Shown here: piece by piece, positions 9,514 through 19,258 of the stretch | How the letters are laid out: every line of letters starts with the position of its first letter | How positions within the stretch are numbered: position 1 is the stretch's first letter | DNA from: an uncultured Acidobacteriota bacterium | Lineage (GTDB): Bacteria; Acidobacteriota; UBA6911 | Assembly: GCA_963809485.1 (NCBI GenBank) | Contig: CAWEJX010000001.1 | Location: forward strand, 480,001-544,000 | Direction of reading: 5' to 3' | Length of the DNA: 64,000 bases | Made by a program: the position numbers and the translations under genes | Notes under the pieces: generated by a model | What the model was told of the DNA's origin: nothing | Databases searched by the model: none | What the model saw: the letters and a program-made list of their open reading frames with translations, nothing else

Positions 9514-10161
9514 CTAAATTTCCTTCTCCAAAGGCAACATGCCAAGCATGGTAAAACCCAATGACTTGAAATAGGAAATCAGCTCGCCTTCATGCCATTC
9601 CACCATCGTCCTGATCTTGGTGATGTTCTTCTTCCGGAAATGATCGAGCAGTGTTGCCCCCAGCTTGCGGCCCACACCCATGCCCTGATACTCGGAATCG
9701 ACACCCAGAATCAGTATCCAGCCGGTCATTCCCCCTCGGCCGAATTCCCAGCGCCGGACCTCGCTGAACACGAAACCGACGAGTTTCCCGTCGATTTCTG
9801 CTCCCAGGTTTAAGAGCGGATCGCCGTGCTGAAGATTGTAGACTGTCGTATCTTTGAGGGATACGAGCCTCTCGGGATTGCCTGAATTCTGCTCCCCGAT
9901 GATCTTTTCCTCGATGCGCAGGATGTCGTCCAGATCATCCATGCCGAGGAATCGGATAGTAACGGCGGCTGAAACATCCGTCCAGAGCTTGGTGCGACCG
10001 ATCTTGTTGTAATGGATTTTCCCTTCGGCCCGCAGCACTTCCAGGTACTTGGCAACGGTATGGCGGGTCAAATTCAGCCTTTCAGATAGTTCTTCCATCT
10101 GGAGGCCGGTTTTGGCCGATTGGAGAATCTGCAAAATATTGGACTGGATGCTCTCTTCCAT
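9514..10161 (-). CDS. HTH + GNAT-domain protein, putative transcriptional regulator
   Basis: N-terminal winged HTH (LQMEELSERLNLTRHTVAKYLEVLRAEGKI) and C-terminal GNAT motif A (ILGVDSEYQGMGVGRKL). ATG at 10161. Confidence 0.75.
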   Translation of the reverse strand: MEESIQSNILQILQSAKTGLQMEELSERLNLTRHTVAKYLEVLRAEGKIHYNKIGRTKLWTDVSAAVTIRFLGMDDLDDILRIEEKIIGEQNSGNPERLVSLKDTTVYNLQHGDPLLNLGAEIDGKLVGFVFSEVRRWEFGRGGMTGWILILGVDSEYQGMGVGRKLGATLLDHFRKKNITKIRTMVEWHEGELISYFKSLGFTMLGMLPLEKEI

Positions 10162-10162
10162 A

Positions 10163-10192
10163 ATTATGGTAACCAATATTGGTTACCATAAT
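10163..10192. promoter_or_regulatory. Perfect 30-bp palindrome, putative operator
   Basis: ATTATGGTAACCAAT|ATTGGTTACCATAAT, 1 nt upstream of the regulator ATG. Confidence 0.7.
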
Positions 10193-10220
10193 AATAATCG
10201 GCAGATATCGGTGTTGTCAA
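10191..10220 (-). promoter_or_regulatory. Sigma70-type promoter for the regulator and bamB operon
   Basis: TTGACA (10220-10215), 18-nt spacer, TATTAT on the minus strand. Confidence 0.6.
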
Positions 10221-10427
10221 TAAAAATTGCGGAAAACAAAACCTGGCCACGAGAAACACGCATAGAACGAAAGCGGCCCTGATGCTCCCGCATATGCCCT
10301 CCTCCGGCCATCATTGTTGGATCCGGTACAGGATTTGATCATTTGGATTCGCGTAATTGAATATTTCGCGATTGGATTCTTTGCAGAACGATTGCGAATC
10401 GGCGGGAGAGATACAAAATGCAGCCTT

Positions 10428-10500
10428 GGATTCCGCGGCGCGGCCGGGTGGCCGCAACCGAAGGGATGTGAATTCGCAGGACATTCGCGCCGCGGAATCC
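10428..10500. repeat. Intergenic inverted repeat, 15-bp perfect arms
   Basis: GGATTCCGCGGCGCG (10428-10442) and CGCGCCGCGGAATCC (10486-10500), just 3' of dch. Confidence 0.65.
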
Positions 10501-10511
10501 GTGGCTGTGGA

Positions 10512-11306
10512 TTAGCGATCCTTCCAGACGGGCTTGCGGCGCTCGATGAAGGCGCCGATCCCTTCGTTGCCGTCGTTGCTGGCCAGCACCTCATCGACAT
10601 ACTGCTTTTCGATCCTGTCGAGCGGTTCGCCCAGTGCGGCAATCAGCCCCGAGCCGATGCGGGCGACGCGCGTGTTCTGGCGGATGGCAAACGCCGAAAG
10701 CGGCAGCAGGTGCTTGCGGTACCATTCCATCAGCTCTTCTTCCGGATTTCCACCGGAGAAGACCGCGGTAACCAGGCCTGCTTTCTCGGCAGCCGCCGCA
10801 TCGATGGTAGCGCCCGTTATAATAAGCCTCTCGGCCAACGGGCCGCCGAGGCGATAGGATCCTATGGCAGCGAGGACGGGGGGAAGAACCCCCAGCGTGA
10901 TCTCAGGGCAGCCAAGGCTGGCGTTTGGAGCCGCAAAGACGAAATGGCAGGCCAGGATCAGCTCAAAGGCGCCGCCAAGGCAGGAGCCTTCAACCAGCGC
11001 CGCGATCGGCACCGGGTAGCCGGCGACCTGCCGGATCATCGCGTGAAAGCCGGCAAGCATCGAAGGGGCCTGCTCTTTCCTGTGTTCTTCAACCGAAGCG
11101 CCGAACGAAAAGTGCTTCCCGGCGCCCCGGATGATCACCATGCGCAGGTGCGTGTTGTCGAGCTGGGCGATGAGCTCCTTTGAAAGCGCCTGCATCATTT
11201 CCAGCGTGAGCACATTGCCTTTCGGCCGGTTAAGCACCAGGCGGAGAAGCGTTCCGTTTTCAAGGAGGGTCGGTTCGACAATAGGGGCAGGATTTTCTGT
11301 AGCCAT
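10512..11306 (-). CDS. dch: Cyclohexa-1,5-dienecarbonyl-CoA hydratase (Dch/BamR)
   Basis: Crotonase fold: RPKGNVL...HFSFGASVEEH...CLGGAFEL...PEITLGVLPP, in benzoyl-CoA pathway context. Confidence 0.82.
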   Translation of the reverse strand: MATENPAPIVEPTLLENGTLLRLVLNRPKGNVLTLEMMQALSKELIAQLDNTHLRMVIIRGAGKHFSFGASVEEHRKEQAPSMLAGFHAMIRQVAGYPVPIAALVEGSCLGGAFELILACHFVFAAPNASLGCPEITLGVLPPVLAAIGSYRLGGPLAERLIITGATIDAAAAEKAGLVTAVFSGGNPEEELMEWYRKHLLPLSAFAIRQNTRVARIGSGLIAALGEPLDRIEKQYVDEVLASNDGNEGIGAFIERRKPVWKDR

Positions 11307-11467
11307 ACGAACTCCTTTTCTGAATTATTGATCTGCATTATCGCGGGTATTTTCACCCCGAAGGGGGGGGGGCGGCGCAACGTGCATCAGTGATCTCTGC
11401 GCATTGTCCGCCCCCCTGCGACTCCGCGGTGAAATGCGCAGGCGCGCATTGGGATGGCAGTGTCGCT

Positions 11468-12524
11468 TTACGTGCGCGGATCCATCACCATGCGCTTTTC
11501 GAGTTTGTGCGCGGCCATGGCCGCCAGATATTCGTTAACCTTGGACATCGGTCCATATTCGATGAAGGGATCCAGCTTCACTTTGCCTTCTTCAATCAGA
11601 CGCAGCACCCCGGGGTAAACCTCAGGAGGACACCCCCAGGTTCCGTGGATGCTGGCGTCAAAGGCCATGAGGTTGGAAAGCCGCACCTCAATCTTGTTCG
11701 GCGTGTATCCCACCTGCAACATGGTCGCGCCCCGCTCCAGGAGGCCATAGGCGGTAACCTGGCCCGGCGGTGCTTCCGCTGCATTCAAAAAGCTTGTACT
11801 TCAACGTAGGCGCACCCTTGGCAAACGAGCGGATCTGTTTGCGCAGTTCCTTGGGATCCTTGTTGGTCAGGTCGATCACCTCTTCCGCGCCGTAGCCGGC
11901 AATCAGCTTGAGGCGTTCGGCGATGATATCGCAGGCGACGACGCGGGCGCCCATTGCATGGGCGATCTGGGCGACAAAGCCTCCGACGCCGCCGGCACCT
12001 ACGACGATCGCCACATCCCCTGCGGTGAGATTGGCCCGCAGGATGGCCTGATACGCCGTTGAAACCGCGTCCGCGACCACAGATAGCGCCGCAACATTGG
12101 AAGAGAAATCCGGACTGATTTTGATCACCGGCGCCGCCGGCACGAGAAAGTGAGTGGAAAACGCGCCATCAATATCGTTGCCGGGCATCTTTTGATTCGG
12201 GCAGGCGTTTCCGCGTCCTGCCAGGCAAAATGCGCATTCGCCGCAGGGAAGGACCGCCGGAACGAGCACGGTGGATCCCATCAGCGACTCATAATCCTTC
12301 CCGGCAGAGACGACGCGCCCCACTGCCTCATGTCCGAGCACGATGGGTATCCCCTTTTTTGTGGGGACGGATCCATCCGCGTATCCGAGGTCGGTATGGC
12401 ACATACCGCAGGCAATGACTTCAACAATCACTTCCTTCGGCCCGGGATCGGGTATCTGCAAAGGCCGTTGTACCAGCGGCATTTTTGCAGCCTCCAAAAC
12501 ATATGCTTGAGCAGTAACAGTCAT
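11468..12524 (-). CDS. had: 6-hydroxycyclohex-1-ene-1-carbonyl-CoA dehydrogenase (Had/BamQ); one +1 frameshift near 11762, probably a sequencing error
   Basis: Zn-ADH motifs CGMCHTD, GHE, CGECAFC and GAGGVGG in ORF 11688..12524. The C-terminus (GQVTAYGLL...NLMAFDA...WGCPPE) is in ORF 11468..11788. There is an extra C in GCC GGG C CAG GTT. Confidence 0.82.
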
Positions 12525-12610
12525 GGCATCTTCCTTTCTGGATTAATTCCTCGCACTAATTCACATATGTCACAGATTCGAAGCAGCCGCATCGCGAAAA
12601 CGGGTGCTTT

Positions 12611-13759
12611 CTATTTGGGTTTTCCAAGGACTTGTTCCATAAAGGCCTCGTCCACAAGGGCGCCCTCGGCCACGAGCTGACGGTACTTGATGAAATCGAT
12701 AGTATCTGCACTCGTGATTTTTTTGGTATTGAACGCCCCGAAGCCCAGGAAGGCCTCTCCCATCATGTTTGCAGCCAGCCAGTGCCTGTTGGGGTTCTTG
12801 ATTTGATCCCAGAAGAACTTTTTCTTGTTCCGGATTCCATCAACCGACATGATGAGGCAGCCGGGGAAAAGGTTCGCGAAGGTCCAGACGATCCGATCAA
12901 CCTCCGCATCCAGCAGCGAAAAATCGTAATCATTGTTCTTCAGCTTGTCATTGACCCATCCGCGCGCCTTTTTGAGCTCCTCGCCCGTTTTGTATTCGCC
13001 GTAGACAATCTCGCCGTTCTGCACATAGGTGTCCGTAATGATCTGCGGATTCCGGACCCAGTTCCCGCTTTCATCCTTCAGGACGGGCACCACTTTGGAG
13101 ATCAGGTTCTTCGCCTTCATCTTGTAGGCGCTCCACATCTCGCAGCTGATGCAATTCCACATGGCATCTTCCGCAGTTAAAAACCACGGGAGAAAGTCGG
13201 AAGCGCCGCCCACCGGCGCGGATCCGTGCCTGGGGCCCGCCTGGCCGAAAATGGCCAAATCTGAAGATACGGCAATGTCGCACGCGAGTCCTATTTCCTG
13301 GCCGCCCGCGACCCGCATCCCGTTGACACGGCAGATCACCGGCTTCTTGCACATCAGGATGGAATCCACCATGTTGTTGAAGAGTTCCATGTAAGCGCCG
13401 TATTCTTCGGGGCGCTTGCTGTAATACTCGGAATATTCCTTTGTGTTGCCTCCTGTACAGAAGGCATTGGGCCCGGTTCCCGTAAATACCGTGGCTACAA
13501 CCTCGCGGTCAACCGAGGAATTTTCGAATCCGGCAATAATCCCTTTGACCATCTCCGTCGTATAGGAATTATACTGCGCAGGATTATTGAGCCTTATCCA
13601 GGACACGAAAAGTCCCGGCACCACATTCCCCTTCGGATCTTTCAGGGGCTTTTTCTCGTAGACGACACAGGGCGCTTCTGTCCCCCAATGCTCCGCCCCG
13701 TACCTGTTGTGATCTTTTTTCCCGTGTTCTCGCGGCATCCAATCAAGTCCCATAAACAT
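12611..13759 (-). CDS. bamA: 6-oxocyclohex-1-ene-1-carbonyl-CoA hydrolase (ring-opening hydrolase)
   Basis: NNPAQYNSYTTEMVK, AFCTGGNTKEY, GMRVAGGQE, QAGPRHGSAP and WLAANM motifs of BamA/Oah. Confidence 0.93.
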   Translation of the reverse strand: MFMGLDWMPREHGKKDHNRYGAEHWGTEAPCVVYEKKPLKDPKGNVVPGLFVSWIRLNNPAQYNSYTTEMVKGIIAGFENSSVDREVVATVFTGTGPNAFCTGGNTKEYSEYYSKRPEEYGAYMELFNNMVDSILMCKKPVICRVNGMRVAGGQEIGLACDIAVSSDLAIFGQAGPRHGSAPVGGASDFLPWFLTAEDAMWNCISCEMWSAYKMKAKNLISKVVPVLKDESGNWVRNPQIITDTYVQNGEIVYGEYKTGEELKKARGWVNDKLKNNDYDFSLLDAEVDRIVWTFANLFPGCLIMSVDGIRNKKKFFWDQIKNPNRHWLAANMMGEAFLGFGAFNTKKITSADTIDFIKYRQLVAEGALVDEAFMEQVLGKPK

Positions 13760-13870
13760 GTCCTCCGATCTGAGTGATTATGAAGTATGGTTCCAAAGGC
13801 GCTTCATGCGGCTGTTCCCGCAATCGGAATTGCATCCTCTAAAACCCATAAGATAAAACAGAGCACGTTA

Positions 13871-13899
13871 TCACTAGCTTTTTTGTGACGCGGTGTCAA
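13871..13899 (-). promoter_or_regulatory. Possible sigma70 promoter for bamA-had-dch
   Basis: TTGACA-N17-TAGTGA on the minus strand, about 110 bp upstream of bamA. The -10 element is weak. Confidence 0.35.
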
Positions 13900-14087
13900 G
13901 TAATGAATGGAAGATGCAAGAAAAGCGCAGCCACAGATCTTACAAATTGCGCCTATGAAGCCGTCCTCGGTATTTCAGCGTATGGGCCAGCTCGTTGCTC
14001 CGCATCCTTTTGGCCTGTTCCCGTGGAAAGAGGCGGAGTCGGCGGATTTGTGCGGGTGTACGGGCCTGCCGGAACAAATGAATCTTA

Positions 14088-15074
14088 TCAGATTATCCCT
14101 CCGAAATATTTCATGAACTGCACTCTATCATACACAGCGGGATTACGGCTCTTTGCCTGGCTCAATTTCCCCCTAAAATCCGCTAGACATCCATAACCTT
14201 TCTTCCCCATCCACTCTTCCAGGGTTTTCAGCATTTCAGAAATCCGACTATTACCGTTTAAATAGAGGGTGGAGGCTACCTGCACCGCAGCAGCGCCGGC
14301 CAGCAACTGTTTGATCAGTGCCACGCCGTCATGGACTCCCGTTGAAGCTGCCAGATCGCACCTGACCCTCTCCACCATAATCGCAATCCAACGCAGGGAA
14401 ATCGACAGATCTGCAGGCGAGCTGAAAATATTTGAGGGGACAGCCTCCATTTTGTCTATATCAAAATCGGGGCTGTAAAACCGATTGAAAAGCACTAATC
14501 CGGCGATCCCGGTCTCCGACAGTTTCTGAATCATGGGTCCCAGATTGGAGAAATAATAACTGATTTTCAGCGCGATCGGGATGCTGACCTCGTTTTGAAT
14601 TTTTTCGATGATTTGAAAATAGGCCTTTTCTTTTTCCTCACTAGTGCGTCCGAATTCGGTGGGCAGAAAGAACATGTTCAGCTCGATTGCATCCGCGCCG
14701 GCGGTCTGGAGCTTCTTTGCAAAGGATGTCCATTCGTGGGAGTAGACACAATTAATGCTGGCAATGACGGGGATGGAAACAGCCTTTTTGCACTCCTCGA
14801 TCAGTGTGGCGTATCTGCTCAGTTTTTCACCCTTAATGTGAAAGTCGTAATAATCAAACTGGCTCAGGTTTAGACCTTCTTGGGAGGCTTTTTTCAAAAT
14901 ATCCTCATATTCAAACGCGATCTCCTCCTCGAAAATAGACTTTAGCACAACGGCAGCGGCGCCACATTTTTCAAGCTCCTGAATGCTTCTGACTGAATCC
15001 GTTAAACCCGAGCTGCCCGCGATTATAGGATTTTTAAGCGTCATCCCGAGATATTGTGTTGACAGATCGACCAT
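14088..15074 (-). CDS. Dihydroorotate dehydrogenase-like FMN protein
   Basis: YLGMTLKNPIIAGSS, VLKSIFEE, PVIASINC, DAIELN, LFNRFY and ASTGVH motifs. Confidence 0.82.
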   Translation of the reverse strand: MVDLSTQYLGMTLKNPIIAGSSGLTDSVRSIQELEKCGAAAVVLKSIFEEEIAFEYEDILKKASQEGLNLSQFDYYDFHIKGEKLSRYATLIEECKKAVSIPVIASINCVYSHEWTSFAKKLQTAGADAIELNMFFLPTEFGRTSEEKEKAYFQIIEKIQNEVSIPIALKISYYFSNLGPMIQKLSETGIAGLVLFNRFYSPDFDIDKMEAVPSNIFSSPADLSISLRWIAIMVERVRCDLAASTGVHDGVALIKQLLAGAAAVQVASTLYLNGNSRISEMLKTLEEWMGKKGYGCLADFRGKLSQAKSRNPAVYDRVQFMKYFGGII

Positions 15075-15354
15075 TTTCACCTCTCCTTTCATTGAGTCCA
15101 GCCATCGCGGTTGAAGAAACCAAACGGTTCAAGAAGTGCATTGTAGGTCTAAACTGCCGCGATCAACATGGGATTTTACCAGGCTTCTGCCAAAAGCACA
15201 TAATCTCTGTTTGAGCTTGATAAAAATTGCGTTCTTCCAGCCAAAAGACGCTCGTGCAATTCAGGGAATTCGTGGTTGGGTTTTTTCTTTTGCTTTGAAC
15301 CTGCAACTTGGACAAAATGAAGTTTTTGTGAAATCTACGGCTGACATAGAGAAT

Positions 15355-17649
15355 ATGGACATTCTGGCAGGCCTAAATCCTCAGCAGCGTCTGGCAGTAG
15401 AGCATGGGCGCGGGCCGGCGCTGGTGCTCGCCGGCGCCGGAAGCGGCAAGACCCGAGTCATTGCCCACCGGATCGTCTATCTGATCCAGAATTCGGCCGC
15501 GCGCCCCGAAAACATCCTGGCCGTGACTTTCACCAACAAGGCGGCCCGGGAGATGCAGGAGCGTGTACGCAAAATTCTGGGACACGGGCGCAGCGCGGAG
15601 ACTCTGATATCGACCTTCCATTCATTCTGCGTGCGCCTGCTCCGGAGAGAGATCCATCGCCTGGGCTACAAGCGGGATTTTTCCATTTACGACACGGATG
15701 ACCAGAAGCGCCTGCTCAAGCAGACGCTGGAGGAGATTCGCGATGCGGATCCGGAGCTTTCGCCGCGGGAAATCCTGAGCAGAATCAGCTACGCCAAAAA
15801 TCACGGAGTCTCGCCGGAACACTATGCCTCGCGGTTCCCTTCAGAGATCGCGGAGGATGTGCAGCGCATCTACACCCGATACAACGGCCGCATGCGGCAC
15901 TCCAATGCGCTGGATTTTGACGATCTCCTACTGCTGTCCGTAGCCGTGCTGGGAAAAGTGCCCGAATTGAGGACCTACTACAGCGACTGGTACCGCTACA
16001 TCCTTGTGGACGAGTACCAGGATACCAACCGGCCGCAGTATGACCTGCTTCGCCTGCTTACAACCTCGCACCAAAATCTGTTCGTCGTTGGAGATGAGGA
16101 TCAGTCCATCTATAAATTCCGCGGAGCCGATATCCAGAACATACTCCGATTCGAGAAGGACTTCCCGGGCGCGCGCGTCATCAGGCTGGAGCAGAACTAC
16201 CGTTCCAGCCAGAATATCCTGCGGGCGGCCGGGGCGGTGGTGGAAAACAACACCGAGCGCAAAGGAAAGAGCCTCTGGACGGAAAACGCCGGCGGCGACG
16301 TCATCACGTGCTGCTCGGCCGAATCGCCCCGCGAAGAAGCCGGCTGGGTGGCCCGCCAGATAAGAAGCGCTCTCGAAGAAAACCCGGGATGGCACATCGC
16401 GGTTCTCTATCGCGCCAATTTCCTTTCGCGAAATTTCGAAGACGTTCTGACGGAAGAAGGCATCCCCTACGCCCTTGTCGGAAGCGTCGCCTTCTTCGGG
16501 CGGATGGAAGTGAAGGATCTTCTGGCTTACCTGAGAGTTATTTTCAATCCCGAAGACGACCTGGCGCTCCTCAGGATTCTCAATACGCCGCCCCGCGGCA
16601 TCGGCAGCGAACCACGATGGACATGCTTACGGAAACGGCGCTGGAAAAGGGTGTTTCCGATTCTCCAGGCCCTGCGCGAGAAAGCCGCCGACACCACGAT
16701 GCCCGTCCGGACAGCACGCGCCCTGATGCGATTTCTGGGCTTGATGGATAAATGGGCGGGCCTTCAGCAGACGGCCTCCATCGCGCAGCTGCTCGAAACG
16801 ATCCTGCAAGGATACCCAGTATGCAAGGAATCGCTTCAGAAGCAGGAAGCATCCGCAGAAGTGGAGAACCGGCTGGCCAACATCGAGGAATTGATTCGCG
16901 CCGCCCGAATCCGAATCCAGGGGGGAAACGATCTCTGAATTTCTCGACCGCGCAGCGCTCTCCTCGGAACTCGACCAGCTCGATCCCAATGCGCACGTGG
17001 CGTTGATGACGCTGCACAGCGCCAAAGGACTGGAATTCGACACCGTATTTCTCGCCGGAATGGAAGAAGGGCTTTTCCCCCATTCCCAATCCATGGATTC
17101 CAATGCGGACCTCGAGGAGGAACGGCGCCTCTGCTATGTCGGCATTACGCGCGCAAAACGCAAGCTGTTTGTCACGTGGACCCCATTTCGCAAAAACTAT
17201 GGCCCGGATGCTGGATTTCCCGCCCAAATCTCCCGCTTCCTCAGGGAAATGTCCGCAGGATTTGCTCGAAGGACTGGAGGAGACGGACTCTTTCGACCGG
17301 CGGATTCGCCGCGGCGAACCGGTTTTTATGAAGCGGAGGAAAAGTCCACACGGTTCGGGAATACCACGTTGAGCACACCAGGCCGCACGAAGAGCCGTTC
17401 CCGCAGCCCAAGACGATCGCCGAGCTGAAGGCGTACATCGAACGGAAACAGCGGTCCGGCGAAACCGGCGGCGAATCGAAAGCCGGTCCTATTTTCAAAG
17501 CGGGCATGCGGGTCCGCCATGAGCAATTCGGCGATGGGATCGTGCTCAGCCGTGAACGCTCGGGGAATGATATAAAGCTCATCATTACGTTCAGCCGCGT
17601 AGGCCGGAAAGCCCTGATCGAAAAGTATGCGAAACTGAAAGCCCTGTAG
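15355..17649 (+). CDS. pcrA: ATP-dependent DNA helicase PcrA/UvrD, broken by several indels (probable sequencing errors)
   Basis: LAGAGSGKT, TFTNKAA, DEYQD, GDEDQSIY, LEQNYRS, then MTLHSAKGLEF and EERRLCYVGITRA in another frame, and a C-terminal Tudor domain (RVRHEQFGDG...KYAKLKAL*). Shifts near 16610, 16655, 16810-16825, 16906, 17253 and 17330-17360. Confidence 0.85.
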
Positions 17650-17732
17650 AAACGATGCCCTAATAAATCCGCCCCGGGTTTCAGATAAAGCAATTTGCAG
17701 GACCGGGACGTTGACCTTCGTGAACCGCGCCC

Positions 17733-19211
17733 ATGCAGCTATTCAAACGGAAAGCCATTGCCGAAGGGGCTGTTGATGCGGAATCCGTCCATACTTTGAA
17801 GCGCTCTCTGGGCGGAGGCGATCTTATCATGCTCGCCATCGGCGCCGTTATCGGCGCGGGGATATTCGGCGCCATCGGGACAGCGGCTCCGGGCAGGTGA
17901 ATGCCGAACGGAGACGTGATCCGCGCCGGGGCCGGCCCTGCGCTGGTGTTCTCGTTCCTGCTGCTCGGCGTTGTATGTACGCTGGCAGGGCTGTGCTATG
18001 CCGAACTTGCATCCATGATCCCGCAGGCCGGAAGCGCTTACACTTATTCCTACGCTACGCTCGGCGAGCTGGTGGCATGGATTATCGGGTGGGATCTCAT
18101 TCTCGAATACGCCGTCGGCAATGTGGCGGTTGCCATTTCCTGGGGAGACTACTTCAATACGCTGCTTCGCGGACTCGGAATAAACCTGCCCGCATGGGTC
18201 ACCACTGGATATCGAACGGCGCTGCTCAGCCCCGATCCGGCCCTTCCGGCAGCTCCTTGAAACAGCGCCGCATATTGCAGGGAATACCGGTTTTCTGAAT
18301 CTGCCCGCGTTCGCCATCGTCATGCTGATCACGTGGCTGTTGCTGCGCGGCGCGCGGGAAAGCGCGACCGCCAACAATGTGATGGTGGCGATCAAGCTGG
18401 TTGCGCTTGGGCTATTCATCATCGCCGGTCTGACGCACATCGATCCGAAAAATTACCACCCATTTATGCCCAATGGTTTTGCGGGGATCCATCAGGGTGC
18501 AGCCATCGTCTTCTTCGCCTTTATCGGATTTGACGCCATTTCCACCGCCGCGGAGGAAACGCGCAACCCTCAGAAGAACCTCCCCGTCGGCATTCTTGGA
18601 GGTCTGGCAATCTGCACTTTGATCTACATTGTTGTAGGCGTAGTGCTGACCGGAATGGCGCCCTACCGCGATCTGGCGAGTAGCCGATCCCCTCGCGCGC
18701 GCTCTCGAACTGGCCGGCTACCGGCGTGTGGGCTCGGTCGTCGCACTGGGCGCCGTGATTTCAATGTCCGCAGTGCTTCTGGTATTTCAGTATGGCCAGC
18801 CGCGGATCTTCTTTGCAATGGCGCGGGACGGTCTGCTGCCCCGCTGGGCAGCGCGAGTGGATCCGGTGCGCCGCATCCCTTATGTAACCACCCTTATCAC
18901 AGGGATCGCCGTGGCCTCGGTTGCCATGATCGGCGACGCCGGCGAGACCTACGACCTCACCAATATCGGTACGCTCTTTGCCTTCGCACTGGTCTCCATC
19001 GGAGTGCTTGTGCTTCGCTATAGGGATCCCGGCCGCCCGAGGCCATTCAGGGTTCCGTTCGTCTGGCCGGTTTCACTGGCAAGCGCAGCCGCCTGCCTTT
19101 TCGTCATGAAGGGCCTTGCCCCGGCAGGCATGGGAGCGTTTCGGCATCTGGCTTGTCCTCGGCCTGCTCATCTACTTTTTCTACGGCTACCGCCACAGCC
19201 GGAACCGATGA
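17733..19211 (+). CDS. APC-family amino acid permease, broken by several indels
   Basis: MQLFKRKPI...IGAVIGAGIF, AGPA...YAELASMIPQAGSAY, FFAFIGFDAISTAAEE, QPRIFFAMARDGLLP, RPFRVP and FYGYRHS, spread over several frames. Confidence 0.8.
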
Positions 19212-19258
19212 TTGGAAAGTCAACCGCATCCGGCAAAACCCGAGGATTCTCTTCGCAT

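Noticed and set aside
15355-19211. Calling pcrA and the permease pseudogenes or programmed frameshifts
   Set aside because: The indels are clustered and partly compensating, lack slippery-site logic, and all motifs are retained. Sequencing error is more parsimonious.
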